Origin: Podarcis liolepis
Taxonomy: Eukaryota
DNA length: 64,000 bases
Assembly: GCA_965112155.1 (NCBI GenBank)
Contig: OZ218103.1
Reading direction: 5' to 3' (one strand)
This document shows positions 11,002-24,154 of the stretch, piece after piece. Position 1 is the first letter of the stretch; each line of letters starts with the position of its first letter. The translations under genes were made by a program, and so were the position numbers. Under the pieces are notes generated by a model, which was given only the letters and a program-made list of their open reading frames with translations, was not told the DNA's origin and did no database searches.

Positions 11002-14000
11002 GTACGGTAGCAGGAACCCCTTGGTCTAGGAATGAGGGTTTTAGCAGACATGTCTGTGAGCCCAAGCAGGGACAAGTTCGTTCAGGCAGTGTGTTGAGCT
11101 GGCGTCCGGGATGCTTTTCCCATGCCACAAGTCCAGCGTAGCAGAGCTGAAATAAAATTTAGTGCAAATTGGAAGACATTTTTAATATCGTCCATGAGGA
11201 TTTGCATTGTGCATTTTCACATTCTACTGGTGGGGGGGTTACAGATACAGAAAATTAGTGTTTGGCACCTCCCTGTGGGGAGGTAGATGTCTCTACTCTC
11301 AGCATCACTGTATCATGGCAGTTGCTAGGAAGCAGATGGCTGGTAATGCTAGGATTAAGAATCTACAAATAACCATTTCCCCTAAGCAGTTTCAGGCACC
11401 ATATAGTAAGCTTTTAAGTGGCTAGCATGTGACACCCAGGCATCTGAATCTACCTTTCTTTGGTGATTTCCGCCATGGACATTCGTAAGGCCCATTCAAC
11501 ATGGCGAAACATCGCAATTTTCTGCCTCCTGAAAAACGTTCAGAAAGTGAGTCAGATGTGGAGAGTTGCCGTCTGGAATCATATTAAGCATTGCAAGACT
11601 ATTAAAAATACCAACAATTCACTGTGAAATAAACTCTTACATAGGCCAGCATGTTGTTGTGTGAATCAGCCTACAGTCAGGGCAGCTTATGTCAAAAGCA
11701 AATGAGATCTAGTATAGTGTTTAAGGAGAAAGCAGTCAAGCCTACACTGCTGGAAGAGAAAGATAATTTTAACATACACTTGCCATTGCTGCATAATAAG
11801 CAGAAATGAACAGCTGCAGATCTTATTGCCAGGGAGATGCTGTTCTGGTGGGGAAATGATACCTGCTAATATTTTCCTGTTATGCAACTATTAAATGAAA
11901 TGAGGACGGTATATGGGTTAGGCAACTGTTCATATAGGAATAATCTGAAATATATATTGGTTTGATTCTAGATCATATGGTTGTGTTCAGCAGGAAATAG
12001 GTGATAACTGATAACTGAAATTTCTTAATTCTTAAAAATTGAAGTGGCAAAAGAAAGTGCAGCAGTGTTGTAAGTGGGTCAATTTTTTCACCCCATGTTT
12101 AATTTGTGTATCTGCTTCAGGCTAAGGACATATAGGATAATACCAAACCATTCTTTGCACTTTTTTTAATGTGGCTCATACTATTTTCTAAGCTTATTCT
12201 GCCTTCTGAACCCTCCCCAACCCAACACTGACACGTGCACAGCACACAGATCCCCCTGTTGGGGGATATAAAATTAATAATTCTGTGGCCCCTCCTAAAA
12301 CCACATACAAGTAGTGATGCTACCAGAACGTAAAATCAATGAGTTCTCAAGTCAGATTTTACTATGCTTATGATTTTCAAATGGATAATGAGCCGTGACT
12401 TCAATCCAAAAAACTGTTTTCATCATTCAAATGAGAATGATTGCAATTTCTACACCTGTGCAAGGGAGCATTCTTAGAATTTTTGCTGCAATATGAGGTG
12501 ACCTGCCAGACGCTTTTCTGAACATGACCAGAAATGTCCCTGAAAGTGCAATCACATAGCAATGTTTCCAGGATCTGTATGGAAAGGAGGAGGAGATGGC
12601 TGTCCCATGTCATGATGTGGGGCAGCCATCTTTTTGGCTCACAGACTATCTTGTATTGTGCAAGTATACATTTGAAATTACTTTGAAATCTTATAACAGA
12701 GAGAACTCTGAATTGCTGGTGTTAGGTTCATAACACGGTGAGCAAATCGGGAGTTGTCTGCAATATTTCTATCTCACCTTTCTGCCTGGAAACTGGCCTG
12801 CAAGGCAGCTGACACTGTAAAAGCCCACACCTAGTAACACAATAATAAAATTATTTTAAAGACAGTAATAACCTTATTTTATGAAGACTCTGGGAGGAAC
12901 CTGTCCTGCCTCCAGCCATCCCCTCCAAGAGCAGGCTCCTTTGGTCTCGGCAGCTGCCCTTGCACATTCAACACAGCGCAACATTAGCTGAATGCAAATG
13001 TGCAGAGTAGGAATTTATCCCAGGTTGGCTCCGGATTATTCTTTATCTTTTATCTGCTCCATCAGGGCAATGGTAGTTAGCATTCACTGGTGATGGGAAG
13101 TTAGGTAATAGGTTCCTGGCCACAACATGCAAATCAGAGTGGGGAAAGAGGTCAGAGGGCAATCGCTGGAGAGCACCTAGAGGCACTGAGATGGGGGAGA
13201 CAGTGGTGTAAGAAGGGGGAGTGCGGTGGGTGCTGGCCACCCCCAGTGCCATCACTGAGGAGGGGTGACAAAATAGCAAAAATATGTGTTTTAGTAAAAA
13301 TAACTCCTGCACCCACTGCACGCCCCTTCCTACGTCACTGCAGGAGCACTCTGCCCTCGAGTGACTTCCAGAAACCAGAAGCATTGCTGTCTCCAACTTT
13401 GCAGGCAGAGCACAGCCTTTATGGCTAGCAGCCTTCAACAGCCCTCTCCCCCATGAATCTGCCTAATCCAGATGTGTAGCTAGGTGAGGCCGGGCGGGGG
13501 GGCACCAGGCATCACACCTTTTCTTTTCTGCAGCTTGTTTGCATTATGCAGCCAGAACTTTGGGGCTCAGGGGAGCAGCAGTAGATATCCCTCCTCAACA
13601 CAGCTAGAAGTCTGACCAGAAAGAGTCAGATGCAGACAAGGAGATGGGGTCTTGCTCCCCCATAAATGGAGGGAGGCAAAAGCTTGTTGCCTGCACCCAA
13701 AAGTTCCGTATTTTGGGAAGATTGCCTCCGTAAAATAAAGAAAGCTGTAGCCTCAGTTCAACCTAATGATGTGTGCCTTATTTTGGGTGTGGGTACAGCT
13801 GGCAACCGTCAAGAGCACTGAACCATTGTAAGGTTCCTACTGATATACCTAGAATGACTGAGGTTTCAGAAGATCCTCTTTATAAGTCACTCTAAGATTA
13901 CAGCCAGGGTTTCATACTGAAAGAGTTTTTTGTCTTTGTATTGAAATCCAGATAGGCAGTTGGCTAGAGAGCAACCCTATCATTTCCACTCCATAATTAA

Positions 14001-14771
14001 TCATAGGATGCAACCAGTGCAGCTCTTAATAGGAATGTTTCTAGCTGCCAAGCCCTTAGGACTTCTGCAGAGTGATATTTGAGCCGGGCAAGGAGTAAAG
14101 AGACAGAATGGCAGCCAAGTAATCTAGGATGACCTGTAAGGGTAGACATGCTGCAGAAACAAAAGCAGGATTAACCATTAATTGGGCAGAATATTCAACA
14201 GCTAGACCCAACAAGATAGGATTCCATGTTGACGTTAATCAGTGTGAAGAATGAATCTGTGTTGTTTCCTATTTAGGTTGCTTTTAGATCAGCTATGGGC
14301 AATATATGTGTTTTTCTTGGCTAGTGCTCAATTACAGGTTGGAGGAGGTCGCAGTCTCCCATTTTTACTGTCCAGGTATTTTGGGTGGCGAGGGTTTTGA
14401 GCAGAAACTCATTGGGGGCAGCTTGTCCCAAGAATCATTGATGGGGCAGGCTGCGCCACAGCCTCCAGGCTAAAACCAAAGAACAGAAAGGAGGGCCCCA
14501 AATGCTGGCTTTTGGAATTTAGACCTGTCTTGCTGAATGCATCCATGCCTTTACAGTACTGCCAATTTATCAAGAAATCTCCCATGTCCCCAACTGGGCT
14601 TGAAGAGGTCCTAGCTGCATAGAGTCCTTTGTGGCCCACCACCTAGTTTTAGCCTAGTCTTTACAACCTCTGACAAAGACAATATTGCGCGAGGATATCC
14701 AACACTTGTGACAAACAACTTGCAGCTTCTGCTCCTTTTAATCCTCCCCCTGGCTGTCTTTTGTCTTTTAG

Positions 14772-14973
14772 TCGATCCAGCCTAAATATGAAATCAGACG
14801 ATGGGCTGAGACCGAACTGCAAAGCCTCCCAAATAACCACAGCAATCATCAGCATTCCGACGCCTCCAGCACTGACCCCAGAAGGCGAAAGCAGGCCTGC
14901 CCCATCCAGCCCTGGCCACTCAACGAACATTACCGCTATGAGCAGCAACATTGTCAAGGTGTCGGCTTTGTAA
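14772..14973 (+). CDS. KCND3: Kv4.3 last coding exon ending ...[10 protein letters not shown]
   Basis: ttttag/T acceptor completes AG-T (Ser); RSSLN...IISIPTPP...VSAL (PDZ-binding end); TAA at 14971-14973. Confidence 0.98.
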
Positions 14974-17542
14974 GGCTGTGTCAGTCAAAGGAGGCTGATT
15001 GGAAGGCCGGCGTTTCTCTCCCTTTCCCCACCTCCATGTTCCTCCTTTGCTGCAAATTGTGCCTAGATGAGTGGCTGGGTGGACAGCTAGACCAACCTGA
15101 CCGGCATCTAAGAATTAACTGCGGGAGCCTCGCAAGGCAGCTTCCTTCAAACTCACATTCATGCTGCAGAGTGAGCTCAGAAGAACTGGGAAGCTAGAAG
15201 GGGCTGGTTGGAAGGAGCTCTCTTTTGTCTGTCAACAAGAAGAAATGTTCCCGGATGTGGGGCATAGAAGAGTTTCCAGAAAGTGGAAGAGACGTCCTGT
15301 CATAGCTACGAGAAAGTCAATAAAGAAGCAGAATTATAACACTGTGTATCTCAGCACCTTTTCAATGGTTTTTAATGGATAATATTTATTCATGAGGATA
15401 TGACTGAAAAAGGTGATTAGAAAAAAAAACGGATTTTGTGATTATTATTATTATTATTTCCTTCATGCAGCAGGATCTTTTAATCAACCAAAAGTACACA
15501 TTTGCTTTCTTTTATAGCTGAAGGTTTTAGGCAAAAAAAAAAGCCACCTTGTCACGAGAATTTGATTTTCATTCTTTTGTGAGTGTGTGTGTGGGTGAGA
15601 GCAAGCAAGAGGATTTGTGAAACTTGGCACACTCCGACTACAAAAGATCTGAGCACACTTTCCGGTTTCTGGGCTCAACCCTGCAAAGACGTACCATCTG
15701 CATGGTCCACGACAAGCTTTAAGTAGTGCCTGTAGAGCCAGGGGTTCTACTCACTGTGTACCCTTTTCTTGCATGAGTGTGTCTTTGCAGGCTTCAGCCT
15801 TTAGTGCGCAGTAGCAAAAATAGAGACCTGCATGCAGTCACACACACACAAGCACCAAGAAAACTCTCATTGTGGATGGCATTCTTTCTTAAGACAGGGT
15901 TTTGTTTTTTTCTGTAATTGCCTTTTAATTCAACACAAATTGCAGTTGCAAACAGTGTATTTGTCTGCTAATTATTGTATGTGCTGGGGGGGGATATTTG
16001 TTGGGGAGAAGACAGGCATTTGTAGTCCACCACAATTTTCTGCTTTTAAAAAAATTATTTTGTTATCACTGGCTTGTAAAGAGTGTGACTAGAATAACCA
16101 GTTCTGTATTTTTTAAAAAGTCTAAAGAAGTAAGCCTAGGGGGGATTTTATTTTTTAATCTTGTACACACGAGTTTCAAAGAGGGCAAAATCAGTCAAAG
16201 CAACTGCGCCAGATGTTCAGAAATACTCTGTAATCTATGCCCATGCTTTCTTTCTTTTTTCTGTTTTATATGTGTTTATTTAATAGTATTGGAAGTGTCT
16301 CCCATTGTATATAGTAGCCAGATAGTCAGTGGAAACTGTCCTTGGTAGGATTACTTCAGGAGCCAACTGTTTTGCATGGACTGATAGTGTGTTTCATTTT
16401 GTAATACAGTCCTGTGGCTCTTAGTGACAGTCTCTGGGTTGCATCAGTTTGATGGATAAAGCAATTTAACAATATTTGACTTTCCCTTGTTAAAGCATCA
16501 TTTCCTGCCAAAGAGGAGGATCGCTTCTAGATTGTTGGGATCTACTTTATATTAGAGTACCATTTCTAAGCAATTTATAAAACACTGTTAATAGATGGTT
16601 AAATATGTTTCAAAAATAGTTCACCAATTGTTAAAATATTGTTATACTGTTTAGAAAGCGTAGGACTGTGAGTCATAACCAGCTATAAGGTTTTATACCG
16701 ATGTTCTCATAATGTACCTCCCCTGGGTGCAAACCTGTGGGACTTCTATCCATGTCAACAAGGCTTACAATAATACAGAGCTCTGTGGATTGTGTTCTTT
16801 CGTCACAAATTTTACACGATTTATTAACCTTTTCGGACTCATTTAACCTTTCATTTTTTTCCAAATGTATTTTAGGTTGTGTATCCCATAATGTCTTTTG
16901 CAGCTTTGCAGCTTTCATTTTTGGCAAACCATCACAAAATGTGGCCCAGAATGTTTTTGATCCTGAAATTGTGTTGCTGTGAAAACATGGAGGTTTTGCA
17001 AACCCAACATCATGCTCAGAAAAAAATATAATAAGCAGCTCCAATGGGGGGGGGGAGGGAGGGAATCGTCTTTACTTTCAGACTTCTATTCTGATTTGCT
17101 TTTCGGCATCTAAATTAAAAGCATTGAGCAAATAGTGCTTGGAAGCCACAAAAAGGAATAAAAACAGCTAGTTCTAATGAAATGTACCTTTCAGCCAAAT
17201 AAAATTAAAACTTAATGTAACGTATGATCACCTACTAACAACAAACTTGTTTCTTAGTTTATTTCTTTTTTTCTCAGATACCTTATAGTGCTATGTTTTT
17301 GTTTATTCCAAAACCCCTTCCATCTTCAGATTTCAAACAAGGAATTTTGGTGCATTGGCCACAGAATCCCTTGCAAGCTGAATCCTAGAAGACAACAGGT
17401 GATGCTAGGTAACAACCAAGCCAGTTAGGTCTACATTGTCCTGCACATACTGAACGTCCACCTTAAAATATTCAACTGTGTCACTGTGTTGTAAGGAAAA
17501 AATGGCAATGGTGGACATGTGAACTTGTCCATCATGAAACAG

Positions 17543-17832
17543 ATTCAGGTGGATAGCCGTGTTGATCTGTCATAGTCATAATAAATAACAAGATGAAAGA
17601 TGAAAAAAATCTTTTTTTAATAATTCCAGTGGCACCTTAAAGATCAACTTCCCTGTGGGACCAACTATTATAACATTCATCAACAGTTATAAGGTTGAAG
17701 CAACCTCTGCTTCAGAGTATCTGACGAAGTGTGTATTACACACGAAAGCTCATACATTGAAAGCTTATATTTAGTTGATGTGCCACTGGAATTATTAAAA
17801 AATATATTTTCATCTTTCATCTTATTTATTAT
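17543..17832. mobile_element. Penelope-like element fragment with inverted arms
   Basis: Reptile Penelope end motifs (TAGCCGTGTTG...GTGGCACCTTAAAGA; CACACGAAAGCTCATAC); inverted arms 17578-17635/17780-17832; TSD CATCATGAAACAG (17530-17542)/CATCATAAAACAG (17833-17845). Confidence 0.85.
17715..17772 (+). ncRNA. Minimal type I hammerhead ribozyme motif (Penelope-associated)
   Basis: GUAU-CUGACGA-A-GUGUGU(AUU)ACACAC-GAAA-GC-UC/AUAC: core boxes, perfect 6-bp stem II, palindromic AGCU stem III, stem I GUAU:AUAC. Confidence 0.75.
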
Positions 17833-20800
17833 CATCATAAAACAGTCTTCTCATCAAGACATTCTCAATAAGCTTCTGAGGAACTGAAGGTTCCAAGGAC
17901 ACAGTTTTTAAAAGCCACTGTTCTAGTAATATGAGACAGGCCTTAATTTACCCCCTAATGTTTGTCCAAGAACCCTTTTTCAATACCACAGTTTAGCCTT
18001 GGAACAAGAAAAGGATGTGCCTTTTGAGTGTCTGCAGAGTAATATCTCTCCCCTATCCCCAGTCCCACACATCTAGGATTAGGGGAAAGGTTTGTGGGCC
18101 AGTGGCGAACAAATAAACTTCAGCTCTGGTACCTCTGATTTCAGAAATTAAGTACTACATTGTCCTCAAGTCCAATCATTCCATTATCTCATGGGTGATC
18201 CTGTTTAATTCACTCCAGTGAAAGCAAACTTTTGCCATTTCCCTTGTGAAACTGGTGCACAGTCTACGAGAACTGACCCATAAGAGTCTCTGTGATGCCC
18301 AATTTAAACTTTCCTTTGCTTCGTTTAACTTCATCACATCTCATTATACCTCTTGCCTAGTCAATTTGAAGCTTGATCCTTCACTACCCTCACCATATTG
18401 CATTGACTTTTTACATCTGTGCAAAGGGAGGCTAAAATGCAGGGTGTCCTTGCACATGCAGAATATGTCACAGCTCGAGCAGAAACAAACCCTTTTCGTC
18501 GCGAGATCACAGATTATGTAATTGGTATAAAATGAGAGTTTATATGGGGAGAAGAGCCTGGCTTCCTTAAGCCACAGTCCAATACTAACCAGTCCTTCTA
18601 TAAAAAACGTCTACTCCCATCTCCAATGCAGAGTTGTGGTTCTTATCATGCGTGGCCCACAGGATGATATAGAAAAGGACCGCCTCTGGCTCTTCTGCCT
18701 CCCTGCACCATGGCAAAAGTATCTTTGTTCAGCTGCATTGCAGGGAGGCAGTAGGCAAATGTGCGTCTGCAGTAAGGGTGCGAGGGCTGAGCAAAGCATA
18801 TAGGAACATAGCAACAGGCACTATGATGCCATTAACCATTGCAATCCATGACCAGTAGGAGAAATCACAGCAGGTAGCATTCCATGATACTGAATCATTA
18901 CTATTAGTCGCCAGATGAGATGGGGGCCCTGTACCTTTCCTATTCTGTAGGAGAAGGCATTTTGGCAAGTGGAGCTTTTCATGCAGTTCTTTATAACTGA
19001 CCATTCTAGAAGAGTGTGCCTTTACTTCAAGAATTCAATGTTTCTTGGTTTCGTTGTATGGCTCCAGCAAATCAGAACCCCAGAATATTCAAATTTGCAA
19101 ACTGGAAAATTGGTGTTTGGTGGATCAGGATCTTTATTTCAATATTCTGATGTTCTCATAATTTGGTTTTTCTTACAAGCCTCCAAAATGAATTTGTCTG
19201 CATCAAACCCACAAATGTAAATGTGGGTTCAATGGTCGCTTGGAAAATTGGTCTAGTCTCTTGGGATGATGGAATGTTACTTCTTTTTGCCCATCTATAG
19301 CATGACTTTGGCATGTGTGTGGTGCACTTGAGGGAGTACGGTACTTGAAAGTCCCAGGCAATATACCTCCTGCCAAAGACATACAGAAGTACTAACAGTC
19401 TGCATCATCAACCCCCCTCCATACCCGCATACCATTAGTCTGCTGAAATCACATTGACTTCTATTGGATTTTAGCAGTGTAGCTGTAGGATGTGCAGCCT
19501 GTTATTTTAATAATAGTGGGAGGTAAATAATGTCTTTGCTCTGTGAAGGGCACAGGAGAATTACTCCTATGGAAAGGTGCATGAGTGCAATGCCCCTTCC
19601 ATATATGCAAGGGAAGAATAGTGGATACTGTCTAATAACTCCAGCTCCTGGAGTCCCACAATTGGGTGAGAAAAAGCAGCAATAGTTCCAAACCTGTTGG
19701 TTGTGAAGTAAGATGTGGTTTCTGTGCTACCCACCATTTTGCCCCTACTAGACGTATCCAGCTATGTGTTTTCCCTCTCGTCTTAGAAAACCAGTGATCT
19801 AGTGCATTTTCCATCCCAAACTGACTCTGAAACATTCATTTATTCCCACCACTTGGCAGTTGGCATCACATTTCATATGACTATTACTTTTCATAAGCAG
19901 AATTGGACAAAAATATTTCCCTGCATATATGGCATCTTATCGTACCAGCATATCACAGCAAACTAAATGCTGACCATTCACTATTCCTGAAACACATAAT
20001 CTCACTGCTGTCAGTCAGTATGATCCACAACTTCTCATCACTTCAGCCAAGAGACCAGTGTGCATGAGAATTTTGAAAGTGTATGGCATTCCCCTGATTT
20101 TAGAAAAGGGATGTTCCTGAATATGCGGACATTAATGGGTATATTGGGGCTGATGGATCAGAAACAATGGGCACAATCCAAGTACTTTTAAGTCCCATTG
20201 ACTTCAATAGATAAATTTAAAAATGCAGTATGCTTACCATACCTATTGAAAGCAAAAGTACTTAACTTTGGATTTCAAATGTGACTACCTGAACACTCTC
20301 CCCCTGAAATATCATTGCCCTGCTTAGTATCTTAGAACCTAGGGAATGTGACTTTAGTCTTACATTTTCAAGTAGGGGATTATGGGTCTTTTTACAATAT
20401 TTGCAACTGTTTTGCTATGTATTGAGAAATAATTAAATAGACAAAATGTTAATCTGACTCAGGTCTCTGAGCCCCAAATCTGATAGTTTCTCTCGCTTTC
20501 TAAATTCTAACCAACTCTACAGCAGATCGAAAACAGTAGAGCAAATCCAACTGAACTCATCTTTTCCATCAACACAAAATAAAAATTCCGTCTTGTGTTT
20601 TAATATTTCCACTGAATTTTTCCATTTCTGAATTAAAAACCATTAAACAAAGAAGAGGGAGATGGAATCACCAAAAAGAGAAAAGCAATAAGAGGATTTT
20701 TTATTTTAATATTTTGAAGAGTGTTTCTTAGATGTACAAATTTTTTCTACAGAAAGGTGTCCTTTTTTTGCAATTGATGTAATTGTATACAGATCTTCGG

Positions 20801-22387
20801 TTGGTTTGTATTACCCAGGAAAATGAGTTCTTTTTAAATCAGTAGATAATCAACTTATTGTTCTCTTCCCTCTCAAAAACTAGTCAGTCATAGGAAAGTG
20901 AACTGTCTCCTTGTAACTCAGGTTTTCAATAGCAATGGCCATAGACAAATGTCACCTCCAGTGAGGTACTCCCTCTAGATTAGTTCAGTGATTAGGGCTA
21001 CTATCCTCTATACACTTTAGGTAGGAGTAAGTCCCACTGAACTGAGTAGGACTTCTGATTAAACATGCTTAGGATTGTGCCGTAAAACTGTTGATCAGAA
21101 CTTCTGTTCATGACTCACTGTGTCTCCTGGAACAAGCCACTCTGACTTTTTAACGTCTCAGTATATCTACCAATAAGATTCAGGTAGTTTTAAAAATAAC
21201 TTCCTCTCTAGTTCAGTGCTAAATTTATGATCATTTGCTTAACTCAATTAAAACTCTTTAATATTAAAGTATACAAAATGTTTTCTGGAGGGGGGATGCC
21301 AAATAAGATGTCTCATTATTTAGAGCAATTACTGATTGGAGAAGTTAGTTTTTAAGGGAGACAAATTGTTGGAAATATACCAATGGCCGTTAATCAAGAT
21401 GATCAGCATTTTTTTAACTCTTAAGGTGGGCACGCTGTTTAAATCAAACAATGAGGAACAGAGGGACTGTCATTACTCTGTGATGTTACACTCTGAAGCC
21501 TTCAGCTACGACAAATATCAAATAACCAGAGTAAGATCTGCACTTCCTTTAGGCTATAAGGGGAATCATCAAAAGAAGAAAGATATCTTTTGTGGATGGT
21601 TCCTCATGTCAGAGATGCTATGAGAAAAAAGGGGACATGCAGGTCAAGGTGTCTTCATCTCCAAGTCCAGATTGAGTGAATTGGACGCAAAGATGGAGAA
21701 GTCCATTGTCGATTGGAATTTCAGGAACCACGGGGCTAGATTTACTGTTGACCTAACACAGCACGACAGTTCTTTTGTTTTTCTTGTCTAATTATTGTAG
21801 TCATCAGTCATGGGACCAAATGACAAATAATCCTCTAGTCTTGCTTTCAGTCAAAGGTTTCATAATTTTGTGCGTATGTGCGCATATGTGTGTATTGCTT
21901 TCTTTTCCTTTGCAGACTAATGCTTGCCACGGCAGGTCAAACAGCCATGCAGCTGAGAGATTAAGATCCGTAGTATATCCTTTTCTCAGTTCTCTGTTGT
22001 TACCATGACTGGAGTTGCAGCTGGCTCCATGGACCAATGAAATATATTACAGAACATGTGTGATGGTATATTTTTGATAAATCAGTGAGACATTCCAATG
22101 CAATGGTGTTTGCGCTAGAGGTTTTATGTTGTTACCAGAATTCTCTCTCAATTGCATTATTTTCTATTTTCATACTCTAAATGGGCTTTGCTTACAAATC
22201 ATCACGACCAACTGAGACAAAATTGTACTGTACAAAACTGCAGGTAGATTCGTTTCAGAAAAACTTTCTAAAGAATCCTAAGTTTCCTGTTGTCTTCTTT
22301 TGAAACTGTAGTGCATATGTTGAAACTTGTATATCATTTACAGTACTGCGTCTTGTGCCACTGCTGTACCTGATGTATCCAATCTGG

Positions 22388-22393
22388 ATTAAA
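22388..22393 (+). terminator. Candidate distal poly(A) signal of KCND3
   Basis: ATTAAA at the end of a non-repetitive UGUA-rich block, followed by U/GU-rich sequence and then repeats. Confidence 0.45.
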
Positions 22394-22509
22394 TGGAATA
22401 TGTGCCACAAAGCACTGAACTCTTGCTGTAGATTTCTTTTAACTGGGATCACTAATGAGATTTAAAGCAGCTGATGGCTTTAACAGTAAATCCACTAAGT
22501 CTAGCGCCA

Positions 22510-22740
22510 TTTCTTGTAATGCCCAGACAGAATAGCCCCAGAAGTCCACAAGCAGGGCCAAAAAACAATAGCCTCTCCAACGGCTGCCCTTCCGTCCTTC
22601 CCAACAACTGGTATTCAGAAGTATAGTGCTTAATGTTCTCTAATTAGTCACCATAGCTAATTGCCAATGATAAGCCTATCCTCCGCCATTTTTCTAATCT
22701 CCTCCTAAAGACATCTTGGGACAATGAATTCCATCAAACT
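22510..22740 (-). mobile_element. Degenerate CR1 LINE 3' fragment
   Basis: CCCAACAACTGGTATTCAGA...CCTATCCTCC...CTAATCTCCT...ATGAATTCCA, antisense reptile CR1 3' region. Confidence 0.5.
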
Positions 22741-23060
22741 ATACACTTTTCTTAGGCAGTAGATTCAGGACAATCAACTTCTTAGGTGTCCAGAGAACAA
22801 CTTCCTCCTGCTCCCCACCCTTGCTAGGGAACAGGCCCATGCACTCTTTTTGGGAGCATGTATCAATAGCATCTATACTTACATTCACAGGACCACCATA
22901 GTACAGAATTAGGGAGGTTGAAAGACTCATTGCTGATATAGCCTTTTTTTCTTCCTCTAGTACTTCTGCTATTTAAAAATACGCACTAGGGAGCTTGATC
23001 AGCCTGTACTAGGGCTGCAATCACTTCAGTTATAGAACTTATACATATCCCCAGGCTACA

Positions 23061-23398
23061 GCAAGGGTGGGGAATATTTTTAGTCCAGTGGGCTAGACTG
23101 TTATCTACCCCCAACCCTTTGTGGGCGAAGTCTGACAGGTGGGCAGAGCCAAGCACCTGTCAATCACAATACCACAAGGGCATCAACTGACCTCTTCTGC
23201 AGGCAGGTTCCTCATAAACCCTTTAAAGGCATTAGTTTGTACAGTTCTTTGAATAAGGCTTTGCAGGTTTTTCACTGAGCCAGGTTTTACCTGCTACACA
23301 GCTGGCATCTTATGACATCAGGTATAGGGCAGGTGGGCATGAGAATTAGGCAGGTTGGCCTAATTAGACCCATGGGCAAGAGGTTCCCCACTCTTGGG
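23061..23398. mobile_element. Degenerate hAT-type MITE
   Basis: Terminal CAAGGGTGGGGAA...TTCCCCACTCTTG inverted repeats. Confidence 0.5.
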
Positions 23399-24140
23399 CT
23401 GAAGTACTTCATTCATATATGCTATAAAATACAGTAAAATGTGTTGCTAGTTGTGTGGATACCTTCAGATGACTGCAAAGTTATCAAAAAACTATTCCAA
23501 AGTTTTTCCTGTGCAACACCCAACCATGGATTTGGGGAACAGTGCAAGCCTGTAGGCAGGAACTGTGCTGTTTTCTTAATCTTTATACAACACCTAGAAA
23601 ACTTTTAACACTTAGGCTGTTTAAAAATATGTAATTCTCCCCTATATGTCATAGGCTGCAATTAAAGTACGTGTCATGTGCTACAAACATTATAGTTTAC
23701 AACTAAATATAAAATGCATCTTCAAAACTGTCCCAGAACTGAAAGCTGAAAACATCTATTGAAAGCTATTTGACTCCATTACAATATACTGAAGTACACC
23801 TGGCTCTGACTCATTTAATATTCTCACAACTCAAAACATCCCACGTGGAATACAAGTAACAAGAAGCAAAGTATCAAAAAGCTTACAGAAGTTTGAACCA
23901 TTAATAACTGGTCAGCGAAGAACATACATTTAAGTAACAAGAGGAAAACCTGAATGGAGGCTATGACCCAATTGTGATACTTTGGAGAAGTGGAAGAGGT
24001 CCAATATGGACACAGCTGAAAAGTGGATAATCCCAGTATTGCTGCTGAATGAATGAAGAGTCAACAGCTTCCAAGGAATTTTCATAATTCAGCAACAGCA
24101 TTAGTATAGCATTCCTTCTGCATGTTGTAAGTCATATATT

Positions 24141-24154
24141 CCACTAGGTGGCAC
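24141..24154 (+). promoter_or_regulatory. CTCF-binding motif
   Basis: CCACTAGGTGGCAC fits CCASYAGRKGGCRS at every position. Confidence 0.6.

Larger units (their letters stand above)
14974..22415 (+). other. KCND3: Probable long KCND3 3' UTR (distal end inferred)
   Basis: AT-rich with UGUA-rich blocks; candidate poly(A) signals AATAAA 15319, 17157, 17198 and ATTAAA 22388-22393 followed by a GU/U-rich tract; extent not proven without transcript data. Confidence 0.5.

Noticed and set aside
11046-11079. Two perfect p53 half-sites (AGACATGTCT, GGACAAGTTC) in a KCND3 intron
   Set aside because: 14-bp spacer is unfavourable and there is no supporting context
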